From the human T2T-CHM13v2.0 reference genome, Homo sapiens, in NCBI RefSeq assembly GCF_009914755.1, contig NC_060931.1: DNA of 64,000 nucleotides; one strand, written 5' to 3'. The notes beneath the pieces were generated by a model. The model saw nothing but the letters and a program-made list of their open reading frames with translations, ran no database searches and had not been told where the DNA came from. Positions 1-13,699 of this stretch are shown piece after piece. The stretch's first letter is position 1, and each line of letters starts with the position of its first letter. The translations under genes were made by a program, and so were the position numbers.

Positions 1-410
1 TGAGAGTGTTATTGTTTTTAACTGTGATGGTGTTAAATAAAACCATATGTGAGTTCAATGAATATATGCTATTTTGAATGGAAAAATATATACATATTAA
101 ACTGTTACAATGCTCATTGAACTTAATTAAGCATTAGTTTTAGGGCCCAAATAATTTTGAATCTGTATGCCATTTATGAAATAAATCATCGATAAATTCA
201 AAACAGAGAATTTGTAATTAAACTTGTAAACATACTCTCCTTTCATTTGTAACACATTTCTTTTAATGATGCACAAATAGTTTCTATTGTGTTAGACTGA
301 AACTACTTTCTTAGACATTATTGAAAGTATAATTGATAAAAATATGGGTTATTCATATCTATAATGTGTTGCTTTATAGTCTAAATTGACAAATTCAATA
401 ATAGTTTTAA

Positions 411-749
<339 letters not shown>

Positions 750-1414
750 TAAAAAACATATTTTAGTAAGTTGATTTCCTCAGATAGCTATGTTACGTCG
801 ATAAATCTAATGCAGGAAAAAATATGCACATATTATAATTTGCATAAACCGTATTGCACATACAATAGAAATGAATTGTTTACATAGTACTCTAATTTAA
901 TTTTGGAATTTAGTGTTGGGAGTGAATCCTAGAGTTGAACTATTCCTAGCACCTCATTTTATATGAGGGAATTCAAAGTATCTTATTAGTCTGTTAAATG
1001 AGTTGCTCTTTGTGGAACTCTAATCTGTCATTAAAGTCCCAAGACCTATGACACCTTTTAATTGAAATCATCTCTGCTTTTGGAAAGTTTTTAGTCATTT
1101 GTAAATTTGAGTTGTTAAACATTCTGACCAATTTTTCCTATAAAGAAAATTTTAAGGGCAAAATGTGCCATTGGTTTTTGAGTTTTACATAACTCTGGAA
1201 AATCATACTGTGTGGTGTGAATTTTGATGTGTGGGGGAGATGTAAGGCTCTATATGTAGATGTGGGGAAGATGCTTGGCTATAAGTTGATGTAAGGGGAG
1301 GACTATAAAGTTTACTAGTTTGTGAACAGGTTTAAAAAATGTTGCTGTCTATTCAGGGAGTTAGGAAATACACTACTCAAAGCCTGATTGTGTGGAACCA
1401 TTACTTTATCACTA

Positions 1415-2290
1415 TGTTGATGATTCTCAAGTCAACATTTTCCTTGAAAACTTACTTGAGCTCCAGGCCTATTTATATAACCATTTATTGACTACCTCCA
1501 CATGGACATCCCAAATTTATCACACAAAAGCCTCCTCCTCTTCTCACCAAATCTATTTCTAGGCCAGGTCTTTACAATAATACCGTGCTCTATCCAGCCA
1601 AACACACAAAAAAATTGAGGATAATATAAGATTCATCTTTTGTCTCTCCCTGATTCCCGACCCAGTCAAACCCTGTGTATTTTATGTCTTAAATATGTAT
1701 TAATTTTTCTCTTTTGACTTTAGGTTCATAGTAATATTTTTCTACTGGATTACTCTGACAGTCTTTTAACATTTTTTGGCCTAATTTTAAATGTGTTCTC
1801 AGAAAAATTGTTAATTATTTTTAATGTAAATAGTTAATACTTATATTCTTTTATGCAAGATTCTTAGGTGACTTTTTATCATTTTAAAAAGAAACCTAAA
1901 CTTCTCAAAATAAAATCCAAGGCCTTTCATGATTTGTCTCTTTCCTTAGTAATCAGGCGTGATTCCTGTCACCATTTCTGCCATTGTTCCAGCAAAGCTG
2001 ATGTACTTATAGAAGTCTTAGCCCTTCACATTCTGAATGCTCTATTCTTTGCATCATCTGCTTTTCTGCTTTGCCCATGCTTCATCATTTTGTGTACCTT
2101 TTAAGACTCAGAGTAAATATCATCTCTTTTAGTAAATGTTACCTAATGTGCTCTTCTCCCATATGTCAACATTAGACATTCCTCTGTAATGGTCTCTTCC
2201 TCTGCTTACATAGCATTTAATAAAACAATTGTGTTTTCGTATGATTATCTTTCAGATTGACTAAACAGCCATGTCATAAATGAATAAAAA
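1415..2290 (+). mobile_element. Degenerate L2 3' region
   Basis: L2-like 'gatgattctcaa...gagctccaggcct...ctccacatggacatccc', ending in 'aaatgaataaa'. Confidence 0.6.
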
Positions 2291-2340
2291 ATAAGAATAG
2301 TCTTAGGTTTACTATAATATTAAATAATTTTAATATTATT

Positions 2341-2465
2341 GGCCATGCATGGTGGCAAACACCCGTAATCCCAGCACTTTGGGAGTCTGAGGCAAAAATA
2401 CAGTTGAGGCTAGGAGTTAGAAATCAGACTGGACAACAAAGCAAGACCTTATCTCTACAAAAAAA
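2341..2465 (+). mobile_element. Free left Alu monomer (FLAM-like)
   Basis: Single monomer 'ggccatgcatggtgg...tctctacaaaaaaa'; TSD aatattatt at 2332-2340 and 2469-2477. Confidence 0.85.
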
Positions 2466-3840
2466 TGAAATATTATTATATGGACTGAAATATTACATGG
2501 ACTGAATACAGTATTGTACTGTATTCGAGATAATATTATCTTCCTTTAATATGTAGGTTTTTAAAATGAAAAAACTAGTGAAGATACAATCAGTATATTA
2601 AGCAAAATCAGAACCTCAGAGATAAGAAGAAAAACATACATGTTGCTCAGAAGTATTTATCCAGGGAATCAAATGAAGAGAATGACTCGAGGTTTCACAA
2701 TGTATTTAAAGTTCACAGGCACTCATCCTTTTGATCGTCTCTCTACTTTAAACATCTTCACTTAGCTTATGAGCAGGAACATTGATTTTTACAATAAGGA
2801 TGTCAGCTCCTATTTACAGCGTTTCTGACCTTGGCTGAGCACAATCATCACAATTGCAAGCATTCCTACATTTGCTGTACTCATATTGCAAATCCAGGTC
2901 ATTGTAATTCTTGCCCTAGGTAGGTTACTTGACCCAAATTATTAGTTACTCATTTCATAAATAGATTTGTTTGTCATACTGATCTTATATGTAACACTTT
3001 TGTACTGTAAAAATTTAATACAGTTAGAGAAATTTGGAAAACTGTTTACAACACAAACATGGCTAGTAATACTTCCTTCTAAATTATTTCTATTGATAAA
3101 TATAATAAAGCATATATTTTGAGGCTTGAGGCTTGCAGCTTCAGAACCTGGAGAAATCCTACATGGAAAACTAATTTTTTAATTAGAACTTAAAAATATG
3201 ACGTCTTTAAAAATTTGATACCACAATTTTATAATAAACTGAAAAATTCATCAATTAGCTTAAAAACTGATAAGTGTAAGAATGGCTGAAGAAAAATTTA
3301 TGTGCAAAATAAGCTTTTCAGTGGGCAAGGATATCTAAATGTCAGATCACTTAAATAGAGGCATAATATCAATTAATAGTTTACTATGCTGATCATGGAT
3401 AAGTGACAGTTCAATTTGAACTGTAGCAATAATTTTATGAGACTTCCATTTCATTTTCACAGTAACTCAATACAACATTATCTTTGTAATATACAACAGA
3501 TATTGGGCTGCCACTTTTAGATATATTTATTCAGGTCAAATAAAATTTATCTTTTTTAAAAAAAGCTTTTTAATAAACCTTTGAAAATCTGATTCCCCCC
3601 CTCCTTTTTTTAACGTAGCACAAACCACAGATATCACTGGAAAAGTGATTAATGTTACAGCCTCATCAAGTGTACTGAAACATTATTGAAAAATACAGAT
3701 TCATAGGTTTCTGGAAGTCTTTTATGTGTTTACAGCCTTGCAGAGCTTCCTAATTTTCAACCAGGTACCCCTGACACTCTTTCTAAGGCTAGGAATTGAA
3801 TGTCCCATTATTTCTCTTCTTATATGGCTCATCATTAGAG

Positions 3841-3909
3841 TTTTTTTCTTTATTATTATTATTATTATTATTATTATACTTTAAGTTTTAGGGTACATGT
3901 GCACATTGT
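3841..3909 (-). mobile_element. Extremely 5'-truncated young L1 (L1PA2/pre-Ta-like) 3' tip with (TAA)n tail
   Basis: Reverse complement reads ACAATGTGCACATGTACCCTAAAACTTAAAGTATAAT followed by (AAT)n. Confidence 0.85.
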
Positions 3910-4916
3910 TTAAGTGGGAGAAAGATATCGAGTTTTGGAAAAAGAAAGTGAAGCAGAGCCACTCTTTGAGGAGGTCATAGTGGCTAGAGCAGTGCAGACC
4001 TCTCCACAAGCTCCCACTTCAAAACTGGTGCTTTCTCCATCCTGTCCTGTCCCTCAGGCTGAAGTCTTTCATGGCTCTTCTACAATCTTCCCATTCCTTC
4101 CTTCCAGATGACCACTCCCACAGTTCCTCAGTCCTTCCCACATATGGATAAGCTCTAATCCTTCCATTAAACTTCTTTATTTGTCTAATTCCTCTAGTTG
4201 CTCTCTTTCCTTCACTGGACCTAGACTGATATATCACCAAAAGATAATTAATTCCTTATCTCACTGGGATATTCTATGTCTGTGAAAGAATGAATAGCTT
4301 AGAAGGACACACATGGTGCTTTGAGGGAGAACAGGATCACCCACATGTCAACTGGGTCAGTCAAGTCAAACCTTATGAAAAAACAGAAAACAGAGTTAAC
4401 ATCAAGGGCACTTTTATTCACAAAACAACTGGAATTTCAGAAAAAAGGCATACCGAAAATTATCTACTCCAAAATCTTAAACTTGAGCTACAAATGTGGC
4501 CATTGGAATGTATGACTTTTCTGAAGACAACTAAGTGACTGTTACAGTTTACTCACTAGTGTTAGTGAGGACTGGGGCTAGAAAAAGTGGTATTCTCTGT
4601 GCTTAAAGAGTTTAAACTCTATTAACTATAGGTTAGAAAGTCACAGTGGCATTTTTTTCTTTATGAGTTAATAGCTTGATTGTAGCACACATGCATACAC
4701 ATATGTATAATATATATTTATATATAATTTGTCAATTTAAATGTTTGATTTTGTAGAAATCTAACTACTTTTGGGAAACTAGTTGAACCCCTTTATGTTC
4801 TCTGTGAAGCAAGAGCTCTCCCCCGTTGCATATAGTTTTTCTATATTATGAGTTTCCTTTGGGTAAAACTTTAGAGAGAGTGTCAAAATATAATTATTTC
4901 AATGTAATATACACTT

Positions 4917-5465
4917 TATTTCTTGGCGGTCTTGAAGATCATCCTGGGGTGTGATAATTCCTTAGGAGAACTTTGAGAACATAGCAAATAGTTATGCTCA
5001 CAGCTATGATTTATTGAAGTAAAAGAATACCAAGAACAATAATAAAGGGAAAAGTCTCATAGATGGAGTCTAGGAGAAACCAGAATCCAGCTTCCAAAGA
5101 TTCTCTTCCACGGGAGTCACACCAGATATACTTAGCTCAGTAACAAGTGGTGAGCACAGATGTGAAATGTCGCCAAGTAGGAAAGTTCATTAGGCACTCA
5201 GTGCCAGAGTTTTCACTGGAGGCTGATCACATAGATAGTCTCGCCTGGTAAGCACACAAATCTCATCTCCCAGAATAGAATCAGGTGTTCTATATAAACA
5301 ATATTGTTTGCTCAAACAGTTTAGACACAGTGAACCACTCTTGTAGATTAATGTTGGGAACCTTCCCAAAATCTAAGTTCTCTTATGCCAGCCAAAGGCC
5401 AATCTTGTAAGCAGGCCTTTCAAAGGAGACCAGTCAGATCTGGGTGTTAACTCTTTTCTATACAC
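4917..5465 (-). mobile_element. MER68 solo LTR (ERVL class)
   Basis: Minus strand begins 'tgtatagaaaagagttaac...gaaaggcctgcttacaagattggcctttggctggc' and follows the recalled MER68 consensus to its end. Confidence 0.8.
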
Positions 5466-5939
5466 CCTATATTTACAATTTGATTGAAAATATACCTGAA
5501 CAAGTACCAAAGCTGTGGTCATTGATGTCAGGGCTTAAAGATCAGGTAATCCCTTTTAGTTTAAAAACGTTTGAGAGAATAGAGTGAGGCTTCTCTCATG
5601 AGATTTGGTAAGATAGCTACTCTATGTAAAACACTGATGGCATATGGTTTGGCAGATTTGTCTCAGCTTGAAAGACATTGGTTTTATAGCTGATTTCCCA
5701 ATTTTACACACTAACCAAGACAGTATCTCTTGAATTAGAGTATTGGATTCTGTTATTTCATGTTTTAGTTTCCTTTTTGGCTTGTTTGTTTTTATGAAAA
5801 TAGGTGAGCTGTGTATATCAATGTTATAACTCTGTTCAAAGATATTCTAAAACAAAAATCATAATCATACCCTGTTCTCCACACCTGCTTAACGGTTAGG
5901 TATTTCCTTCTCTGGATACTTACAGCTACTATAATGTGT

Positions 5940-6095
5940 ATTTATGATAATGCATTACATTGTAATGTAAAATTTATTAATGTGTTTCCATCTCTCCCCA
6001 AAAGATGAGCTTCTAAAAAATCATTACTGTATCCAGAACTACTATACTAACTACTACTAACTGATAACAAATATTTATTTTCTAATGAGTAAATT
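5940..6095 (+). mobile_element. L2 3' terminal fragment
   Basis: 'tgtgtttccatctctcccc...gagcttct...actgtatccag...aaatatttattttctaatgagtaaat'. Confidence 0.45.
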
Positions 6096-7683
6096 CTTTG
6101 TATATATGTTTGTACTGAAGTAATGGCTGATAGATTAAATAACAGACATTAAAAAATTATAAAGCAGGTCTTGTAAACTTAAAGAAAATTAAGACATGAT
6201 AATACAGCATGTTTCGTTCTGCATGATTTATTTTAAAAGCTTTTAGGAAAGTCATTCTCTTATTTGAAAATGAATATGATCTTTAGATATTCCAGGGTCT
6301 TTAGAAGTTGATGCTAGATTAGAAACATGCTTGAAACATTTAAACTGTAAAACTGCAGAAAAAAAAAAAAACAAAATGGTAAGTTCCATAACCCAACCAC
6401 AAGAAAGAATATAGTGTAAATGACTTCTAAGGCTATTATGGCTAGATAAACTGGAAGAAATGGAGAGTATTTCTCTTCTTCTCAAGTTAGAGTCTCTTCT
6501 CTTTCCACCAAGAGCCAAGAAATCTTATATAAGCCCTCCTACAACAGCAGGCATTTAGATTCATAAGTTCCTTGGTATTTACGGGCAGCTGCAGCTAGCA
6601 GAACTGGGGGGGAGTTCTACCTCCTGGAGTTCTAGAATTTGCAAAGATCTGTGCATAACAAATAGGAACAGAAATAACTAGAGCTATGGAATGCACTTGA
6701 AAAAAGTTCTGAAAATCGGAACTTGAATCAATTTCAACCTTAGTGACTGAGATTTCTCTGCATTTACAATGCCAATCTTCATCCAAGGACTTGACCATTT
6801 GATAACGTATTTAATTGGATGCATCAAAGTAAGGGATGGGAAAAATTTTGATAATGGGACAGCAAAATCTATTTTCTAAGCATCCCTTGACTAAAGTTTT
6901 TTCTCAGTACCCAATATGGAATTGTTAAAATGCATGTCACAACCCTATTATGACTATGTTCACTTAAAGATTACTAGCTATTAACTCTTTAATTTTATTC
7001 AGCAATACACACTTAAGTACATCTTTGTTTTCCTTACAAAAAATCCAGGTATCAGCAATGTGTCTTCTTTCACCATATAAAGGTTACTTTTTTCCCAGTA
7101 TAATGGAATAGATAAAATCTATTTTTACATTTGCTCTAGATTCAACCAGTTGATAGATGTTCCTCCTCCTGTTCACTAGAACCACCAACACTGCTTACAT
7201 TACGGCCTTTCCTCTGGGAATTTCAGGATGCTGCTACCCCTGATATGATGCTGCCTCATCTGAATGGGTCTTAGAGAGGTAGAAATGTGGGTTAGTCCAC
7301 ACCTTCCTTTTGACCAGCTTCCTTTTTATTTTAGATTCATACACATGTAACCTAAAATGCCTACAAACTAGTAGAACCAAAGGCCTTACTTTAAAAGAAA
7401 TATCTTTCTGCCAGACTTCTCTCTTATCTAGTCTCACTCCACCCTGAGAGCTACTTTCAAACTTTTGTTTTTTGAGATAGCTACATCGAAATCGCTAAAA
7501 ACAATATCTTATAGCACTATTTTTATGTAATCTAGTTCAGATTTTATGTACTGAATTTCTTCTATGGTGGATGAGGATTTAGCTCACTTACATTACTTCC
7601 TTTCCTCCATAACTCCTACCATTATACTTATATCATTTTTAAAAATTTATTATTTAATGAGCTTTACATATTTAAATATTTTC

Positions 7684-7795
7684 TACATATATATGTGTGT
7701 TTGTATATATATATACATATATGTGTGTACATATATATACATATATGTGTATATACATATATGTGTGTGTGTGTCTGTATATATATATATATATA
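7684..7795. repeat. Compound (TA)/(CA)/(TG) microsatellite
   Basis: Direct reading; abuts an Alu tail. Confidence 0.9.
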
Positions 7796-7796
7796 A

Positions 7797-8057
7797 TTTT
7801 TCTTTTTAAAAGGCAGTGTCTCACTCTGTTGCCCAGGTTAGAGTGCAGTGGTGCGAACTCGGCTCACTGCAAGCTCCGCCTCCCAGTTTCACGCCATTCT
7901 CCAGCCCCAGCCTCCTGAGTAGCTGGGACTACAGGCGCCCACCACCACGACCGGCTAATTTTTTGTATTTTTGGCAGAGACGAGGTTTCATCGTGATAGC
8001 CAGGATGGTCTTGATCTCCTGACCTTGTGTTCCTTCCACCTCGGCCTCCCAAAGTGC
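7797..8057 (-). mobile_element. AluY, missing ~35 nt of the 5' end
   Basis: AluY diagnostics 'caagctccgcctccc', 'ttcacgccattctcc', 'gccaggatggtc'; stops at 'cccaaagtgc'. Confidence 0.9.
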
Positions 8058-8084
8058 CGCTGTCTGGTCCTAAAGTGTGCTAGC

Positions 8085-8172
8085 TCTCTCTTGCATCCTC
8101 TTTCTCTCTCTCTCTCCCCACCCACCTCCCTCTCTCTCACTACCTCCCTACACACACACACACAAACACACA
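8085..8172. repeat. CT-rich and (CA)n simple repeat
   Basis: Direct reading. Confidence 0.8.
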
Positions 8173-8304
8173 CTTTTTTAACTTTTATTTACTGTTTCCC
8201 TTAAAACTAAATTATGCTGAAGTTTGTTGGTTGCTGATGAACTCTTCTTACTCTGGTTGTTTTTGTAGTGTTTACTTACTTTCCATACCATTGGTATTAG
8301 TCAT

Positions 8305-8412
8305 CACTATTGTCTAGCAAATATTTCTCATTTTCTTTCTAAGTACATGGTAGGATAACACTTCTTTGCACTTTTGGATTTATGCATTGGCTAGTGAAAT
8401 AGAAACAGGAGT
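8305..8412 (+). mobile_element. MLT1H/I-like LTR 5' fragment
   Basis: 'ttctttctaagtacatggtaggataacacttc...ggctagtgaaatagaaacaggagt' resembles the old MLT1 U3. Confidence 0.4.
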
Positions 8413-9235
8413 ACGAGCATATTTATTGAGACTGGTAAATCATAAATTATTTCCCTTATACATGCTACAATTTGTAGCTGTGATATCATTATTGTTGAAA
8501 GAAACTGGTTTCAAGGACTTTGCTCATGAAAATGATTAAAATTTACTAGTGTTCTTTAGGAACTCACTATATAAAAGCCATTAGTCAAATAAGTGATCAT
8601 TAATCTCTTACACATGGTGGTGGAAAAAATCCTAAAATTTGGTCCTAAGTGTATGTATCATGGAGAATCAGATAAGGCTGAGCATGTTCGACAAACTGTG
8701 GGCCAAACCGTGGATATATTCAATGTGCACAAATGCTAATACATTTACTGTCGATGATTTTACTCTAGAAGAGAAAAAGTAATAAAATACCTTCAATGTT
8801 AGAACTCTGGTCATAGAAAATGAAAAAAATCAACTGAAATATAGAATACAACACAATGTTTGTCATTTAGCTATGTCTTTAGCCAAAGTGTGTCCATGTC
8901 TTATGAATAAGGAGAGCTTTGGAAAAAGTTAAATTCTGGGTTATAAAAATATATTTAATATATGATGATCTAAATAACAACATTTTAGGGCTCCTGTAAG
9001 AAATTATAATGAGGAGAGGATGCAGGTATTTCTTAAGTTACCACAGAATCCAGTGCATCAGCAGCTGATAAACTAAATATGCGTCAGCAGGTTAGAGAGA
9101 TCTTCCTCAGAAGTTCTTGATGGAATAAACAACTTTTCACCCTCTATTAGGGGTAAGAAATGGAGACAAGTAAATTGTGGCAGACACCACATGGGAGTTA
9201 CATGACTAGTTTCTGAGGACATTTGTTCTTATATT

Positions 9236-9410
9236 TTCAACAAATGTAAGTACCAAGCATAGTAAAAATGCCAGGATTTGGTATATACAATATTAATAGA
9301 ATGCATTATTTGCACAAAGGAGCTTAACATCTATTGAGTGATAAAAAACAACTTAGATCAGCAATTAAAGTTATCTTTAATAAGTGCTATATTGGTGCAT
9401 GCACATTTTC
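9236..9410 (-). mobile_element. L2 3' fragment
   Basis: 'ttcaacaaat...ggagcttaacatctattg...ataagtgctat' pattern. Confidence 0.5.
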
Positions 9411-9636
9411 TGCCACTCCATGACAACTGTTAAAAATACTACCAGTTGGAGGTTATTTGGAAGAAGCTGGATTCCTTCAATAGGAACTGAGCAAATTCAG
9501 TGAAATATTATTGCTTTAAAATAAAAATAGACTGCTTTATTTTAAAGCAAAAACAACACTTCCAAGATGAGAATAAGTGTGTGTACACATGAGCCTTCTT
9601 AAATAGATTAAATATTTTCATATTCTGCACACTGAA

Positions 9637-11908
9637 TGACATCATTTGGCTGTGCCCCCACCCAAATCTCATCTCGAATTATAATCACCATAATCCTCAC
9701 ATGTCATGGGAGGGACCTGGTGGGAGGTAATTGAATCATGGGGGCAGTCTCCCCCATACTGTGCTTGTGATAGTGAGTGAGTTCTCATGAGATCTGATGA
9801 TTTATTAAGTGTGTGGCATTTTCCCTGATGTCATTCATTCTCTCCTCTGCTGCCCTGTGAAGAGGTACCTTCTATCATAATTGTAAGTTTCCTGAGGACT
9901 CCCCAGGCATGTGGAAGTGTGAGTCAATTAAGCCTCTTTTCTTTATAAATTACCCAGTCTCAGTTATTTCTTCATAGCACTGTGAGAACAGACTAATACT
10001 GTAAATTGATACCAGGAGTGGGGTGCTGATGTAAAGATACCTGAAAATGTGGAAGCAATTATGGAACTGGGTAACAGGCAGAGGTTGGAACCGTTTGGAG
10101 GGCTCAGAAGAAGACAGAAAAATGTGGAAAAATTTGAAACTTCCTAGAGACATGTTGAATGGCTTTGACCAAAATTCAGATAGTAATATGGACAATGAAG
10201 TGTAGGCTGAGGTAGTCTCAGATGGAGATGAGGAACTTGTTGGGAGCTGGAATAAAGGTGACACTTGCTATGTTTTAGCAAAGAGACTGGCGGCATTTTA
10301 CCCCTGCTCTAGAGATATCTGGAACTTTTAACTTAAGAGAGATGATTTAGGATATCTGGCAGAAGACATTTCTAAGCTGCAAAATGTTCAAGAGGAAGCA
10401 GAGCATAAAAGTTTGGAAAACTTGCAGCCTGGTGATACGATAGAAAACAAAAACCCATTTTATGGGGAGAAATTCAAGCTGGCTGCAGAAATTTGCATCA
10501 GTAACAAGGAGTAGAAGTTTAATCACCAAGGCAATGGGGAAAATGTCTCCAGGTCTTGTTAGAAACCTTCACAGCAACACCTCCCATCACAGGTCTAGAT
10601 GCCTTGGAGGAAAAAATGGTTTTGTGGGGCAGCCCCAGGGTCCCCCCACTCTGTGCTGCCTCAGGACATGGTGCCCTGACACTTAGCTGCTTCAGTTTCA
10701 GCCATGGCTAAAAGAGGACAAGGTACAGCTCATGGCATTGCTTCAGAGGATGCAAGCTGCAAGCCTTGGTGGCTTCCACATGGTGTTGGGCCTGTGGGTA
10801 CATAGAAGTCAAGAATCGAGGTTTGGGAACCCCTGCCTAGATTTCAGAGGGTGTATGGAAATTCCTAGATGTCCAAGCAGAAGTTTGCTATAGGAGCAGA
10901 GACCTCATGGGGAACCTCTGCTAGTGCAGAGCAGAAGGGAAATGTGCGGTGGGAGCCACCAGACAGAGTCTCCACTGGGGCACTGCCTAGTGGAGTTGTG
11001 AGAAGTGGACCACCATACTCCAGAACCCAGAATGATAGATCCACTGACAGCTTGCACTGTGCACCTGGAAAAGCCTCAGGCACTCAGAGCTAGCCATGAA
11101 GGCAGCTGGGAGAAGGGCTGTATACTGAAAAGCCACAGGGGTGGAGCTGTCCAAGGCCATAGGGGCCCACCTCTTGCATCAGCATGACCTGGATGTGAGA
11201 TATAGAGTCAAAAGAGATCATTTTGGAACCTTAAGGTTTAACGACTACCCTACTGGATTTCAGACTTGTAAGGATCCTGTAGCCCCTTAGTTTTGGCCAA
11301 TTTATCCAATTTGGAATGGCTGCATTTACCTAGTGGCTGTACCCCCATTGTATCTAGGAAGTAACTAACTTGCTTTTGATTTTACAGGCTCATAGGCAGA
11401 AAGAACTTGCGTTCTCAGCTGAGACTCTGAACTTGAACTTTTGAGTTAATATTGGAATAAGTTAAGACTTTGGAGGACTGTTGGAAAGGTATGGTTGTAT
11501 TTTCAAAAGTGAGAACATGAGACTTGGGAGGGGCCAGAGATGAAAGCATATTGTTTAGGTCTGTCCCGACCCAAATTTCATCTGAATTGTAATCCCCATA
11601 ATCCCCACATGTCATGGGAGGGACCCAGTTGGAGGTAATTGAATCATGGGGGAAGTTTCCCCCATGCTGATCTCATGATAGTGAGTGAGTTCTCATGAGA
11701 TCTGATGGTTTTATAAATGTCTGGCATTTTGCCTGCTAGCATTTATTATCTCTCCTGCTGCCCTGTGAAGGGGTGCCTTCCACCATGATTGTAAACTTCC
11801 TGAGTCCTCCCCAGCCATGCAGAACTGTGAGTCAATTAAACCTCTTTTCTTTATAAATTACCCAGTCTTGGGTATTTCTTCATAGCACTGTGAGAACAAA
11901 TAAATACA
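9637..11908 (+). mobile_element. Complete THE1 (THE1C-like) MaLR element: 5'LTR 9637-10000, internal 10001-11545, 3'LTR 11546-11908
   Basis: Two ~365-bp direct LTRs ('...ccccacccaaatctcatc...ctaatac'); THE1-int between them ending in a purine-rich tract; 5-bp TSD ctgaa (9632-9636) / ctgga (11909-11913). Confidence 0.93.
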
Positions 11909-12329
11909 CTGGATCTAATAATGATTCTCTGTCAGCTTGTTATATAGTGTAATGGATCTTTTAAATTCTTAGTTATTGGAATTCTTAGTTGATGTATGCA
12001 TGCATGTGTGTGTGTTTCAATACTTGTCCTAAAGCAATATGCCCTAAGCAGTATTGCGTCCAGGTCAGGTTTTTTAGAATATGGATTTATGTGATTAAAG
12101 CAGTCATAATTGTGTTCATATTTCTATTATCTCGAAACAAAATAAGTTATACTAAATGATTAAAAAGTGAGGATTATTTTTATGTATCCTTAAAGATGTG
12201 AAAGGTATATGAAACATGGTTCTAACAGTGTTTTGCTTTTGTTGTGTTTTGGTATATAGAAAGTCACACTTGAAGATGTAACAATCCTTCCTCTCCTTGC
12301 TATCTCATTCTAATTCTCTCCACCTTCCC

Positions 12330-13020
12330 CCTTTTTTTCCTTTCCTGCTCATTTTTTGTAAGTGATCAATTTGTTAATTTTGGATTTCTTCTTTCTGTAT
12401 TTTTTGTGCAAAGGTATACATGTAATTTTTGTATATTTTTCCATATGAAGGATTGCACTAAAGTTTTTCACTTCTTTTTTCATGTACTGGAAATCACTTT
12501 ATATCAGTTCATGGGGAACTTTGTGGTCCATTTTAAAGCAACTCTATATTGCAAATGAATCAAAATTTGTGTACTCACTCTCTTATAAATGAGCATTTAG
12601 TTTGGCTTCAGTATTTTACAATCACAAAGAAGAGTGTATACATGTGTTTATATGCATTTTCATATTTTTGGATATGTATTATTAGGATAGGTGCCAAGAA
12701 GTTTAGATTGTTGAGTCAAAAGTTAAGTGGTCATGTGGTTTTGCTATGATTGCCAAACTTCTGTCCTGAGAAGTTGTACCAGTTTGCATACTCACCAACA
12801 ATTATAAGAATGCCTATGCTCCTCCAGACTGACCATCATAATATGTTGTCATATTTTAAAATATTTACCAATCTAATAACTGAGAAATGGAATCTCAGTG
12901 TTGTTTAACTTGATTTTTCTAATTATGATTGAATTTGAACATTTCTCATGCTCAATAGCCATGTTTCTTATTGCTTTTATGAATTTATGTATTATCTGTT
13001 CATCTTTTCTCCTATTTTTC
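12330..13020 (-). mobile_element. Old L1ME-type 3' fragment
   Basis: 'ttgtaccagtttgcatactcaccaacaa', 'gagaaatggaatctcagtgttg', 'gaacatttctcatg'. Confidence 0.7.
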
Positions 13021-13128
13021 TATTATTTCTCTACAAGATAGTTGCCAATTAATCATTATCTATTAATTATCTAGGTCATTACAGTAAAATTTTTGGTATT
13101 TAGAAAGGCTTGTAATTTTTTTTATTGG

Positions 13129-13693
13129 TGTATTAGTGTTCTATAGCTTCCATGACAAATTATCATAATTTAGTGTATGAAAACAACACAAATTTATTAT
13201 TCTAAAATTCCATAAATGAGAAGTTAGATTCAGGTATCACTAGGCTAAACTCAGATTGTTAGCAAGCCACATTCCTTTCTGGAAACTATAGTGGAGGATC
13301 CATTTCCCGATTCTTCAGTGTCTTGGCAAAATTTACTTCCTTGTGGTTGTAGGACTGAGGTACCAATTTCTTTACTAGCCATGGACTGGGGCTTGTTCTT
13401 AGCTTCTAGAGATTGCTACATTCTTTGGCTCACATCTCCCTTCTTCCATCTTTGAAGTCAGCAACACTTGGTCAAGTCTTTCCTACACCTCACCTCTCTA
13501 AAATACTTTTGTGCCTTTCTCTTCCACTTTCTAAGATTCATGTATTATATTCTGCTCAGACAATACAGGATAGTCACCCTATCTCAACATCCAAAAAACA
13601 TTATAACATCTGCAAGTCCTTTTTACCATTAAGATAACAAAATTCTAGAGTAGGTTTTGGATATGTTTGTGTGGCCATTGATCTGTCTACTAT
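13129..13693 (-). mobile_element. MLT1E-family solo LTR
   Basis: 'tgtattagt...aaaacaacacaaatttatt...gttgtaggactgagg...acatctgcaagtcc...ctgtctactata'. Confidence 0.8.
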
Positions 13694-13699
13694 AATTTG

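Noticed and set aside
2474-2506. ~17-bp imperfect tandem duplication (tatta(t/c)atggactgaa) after the FLAM
   Set aside because: Ordinary slippage duplication.
9950-11615. Multiple ORFs of 60-104 aa
   Set aside because: Fragments within the decayed THE1 internal region.
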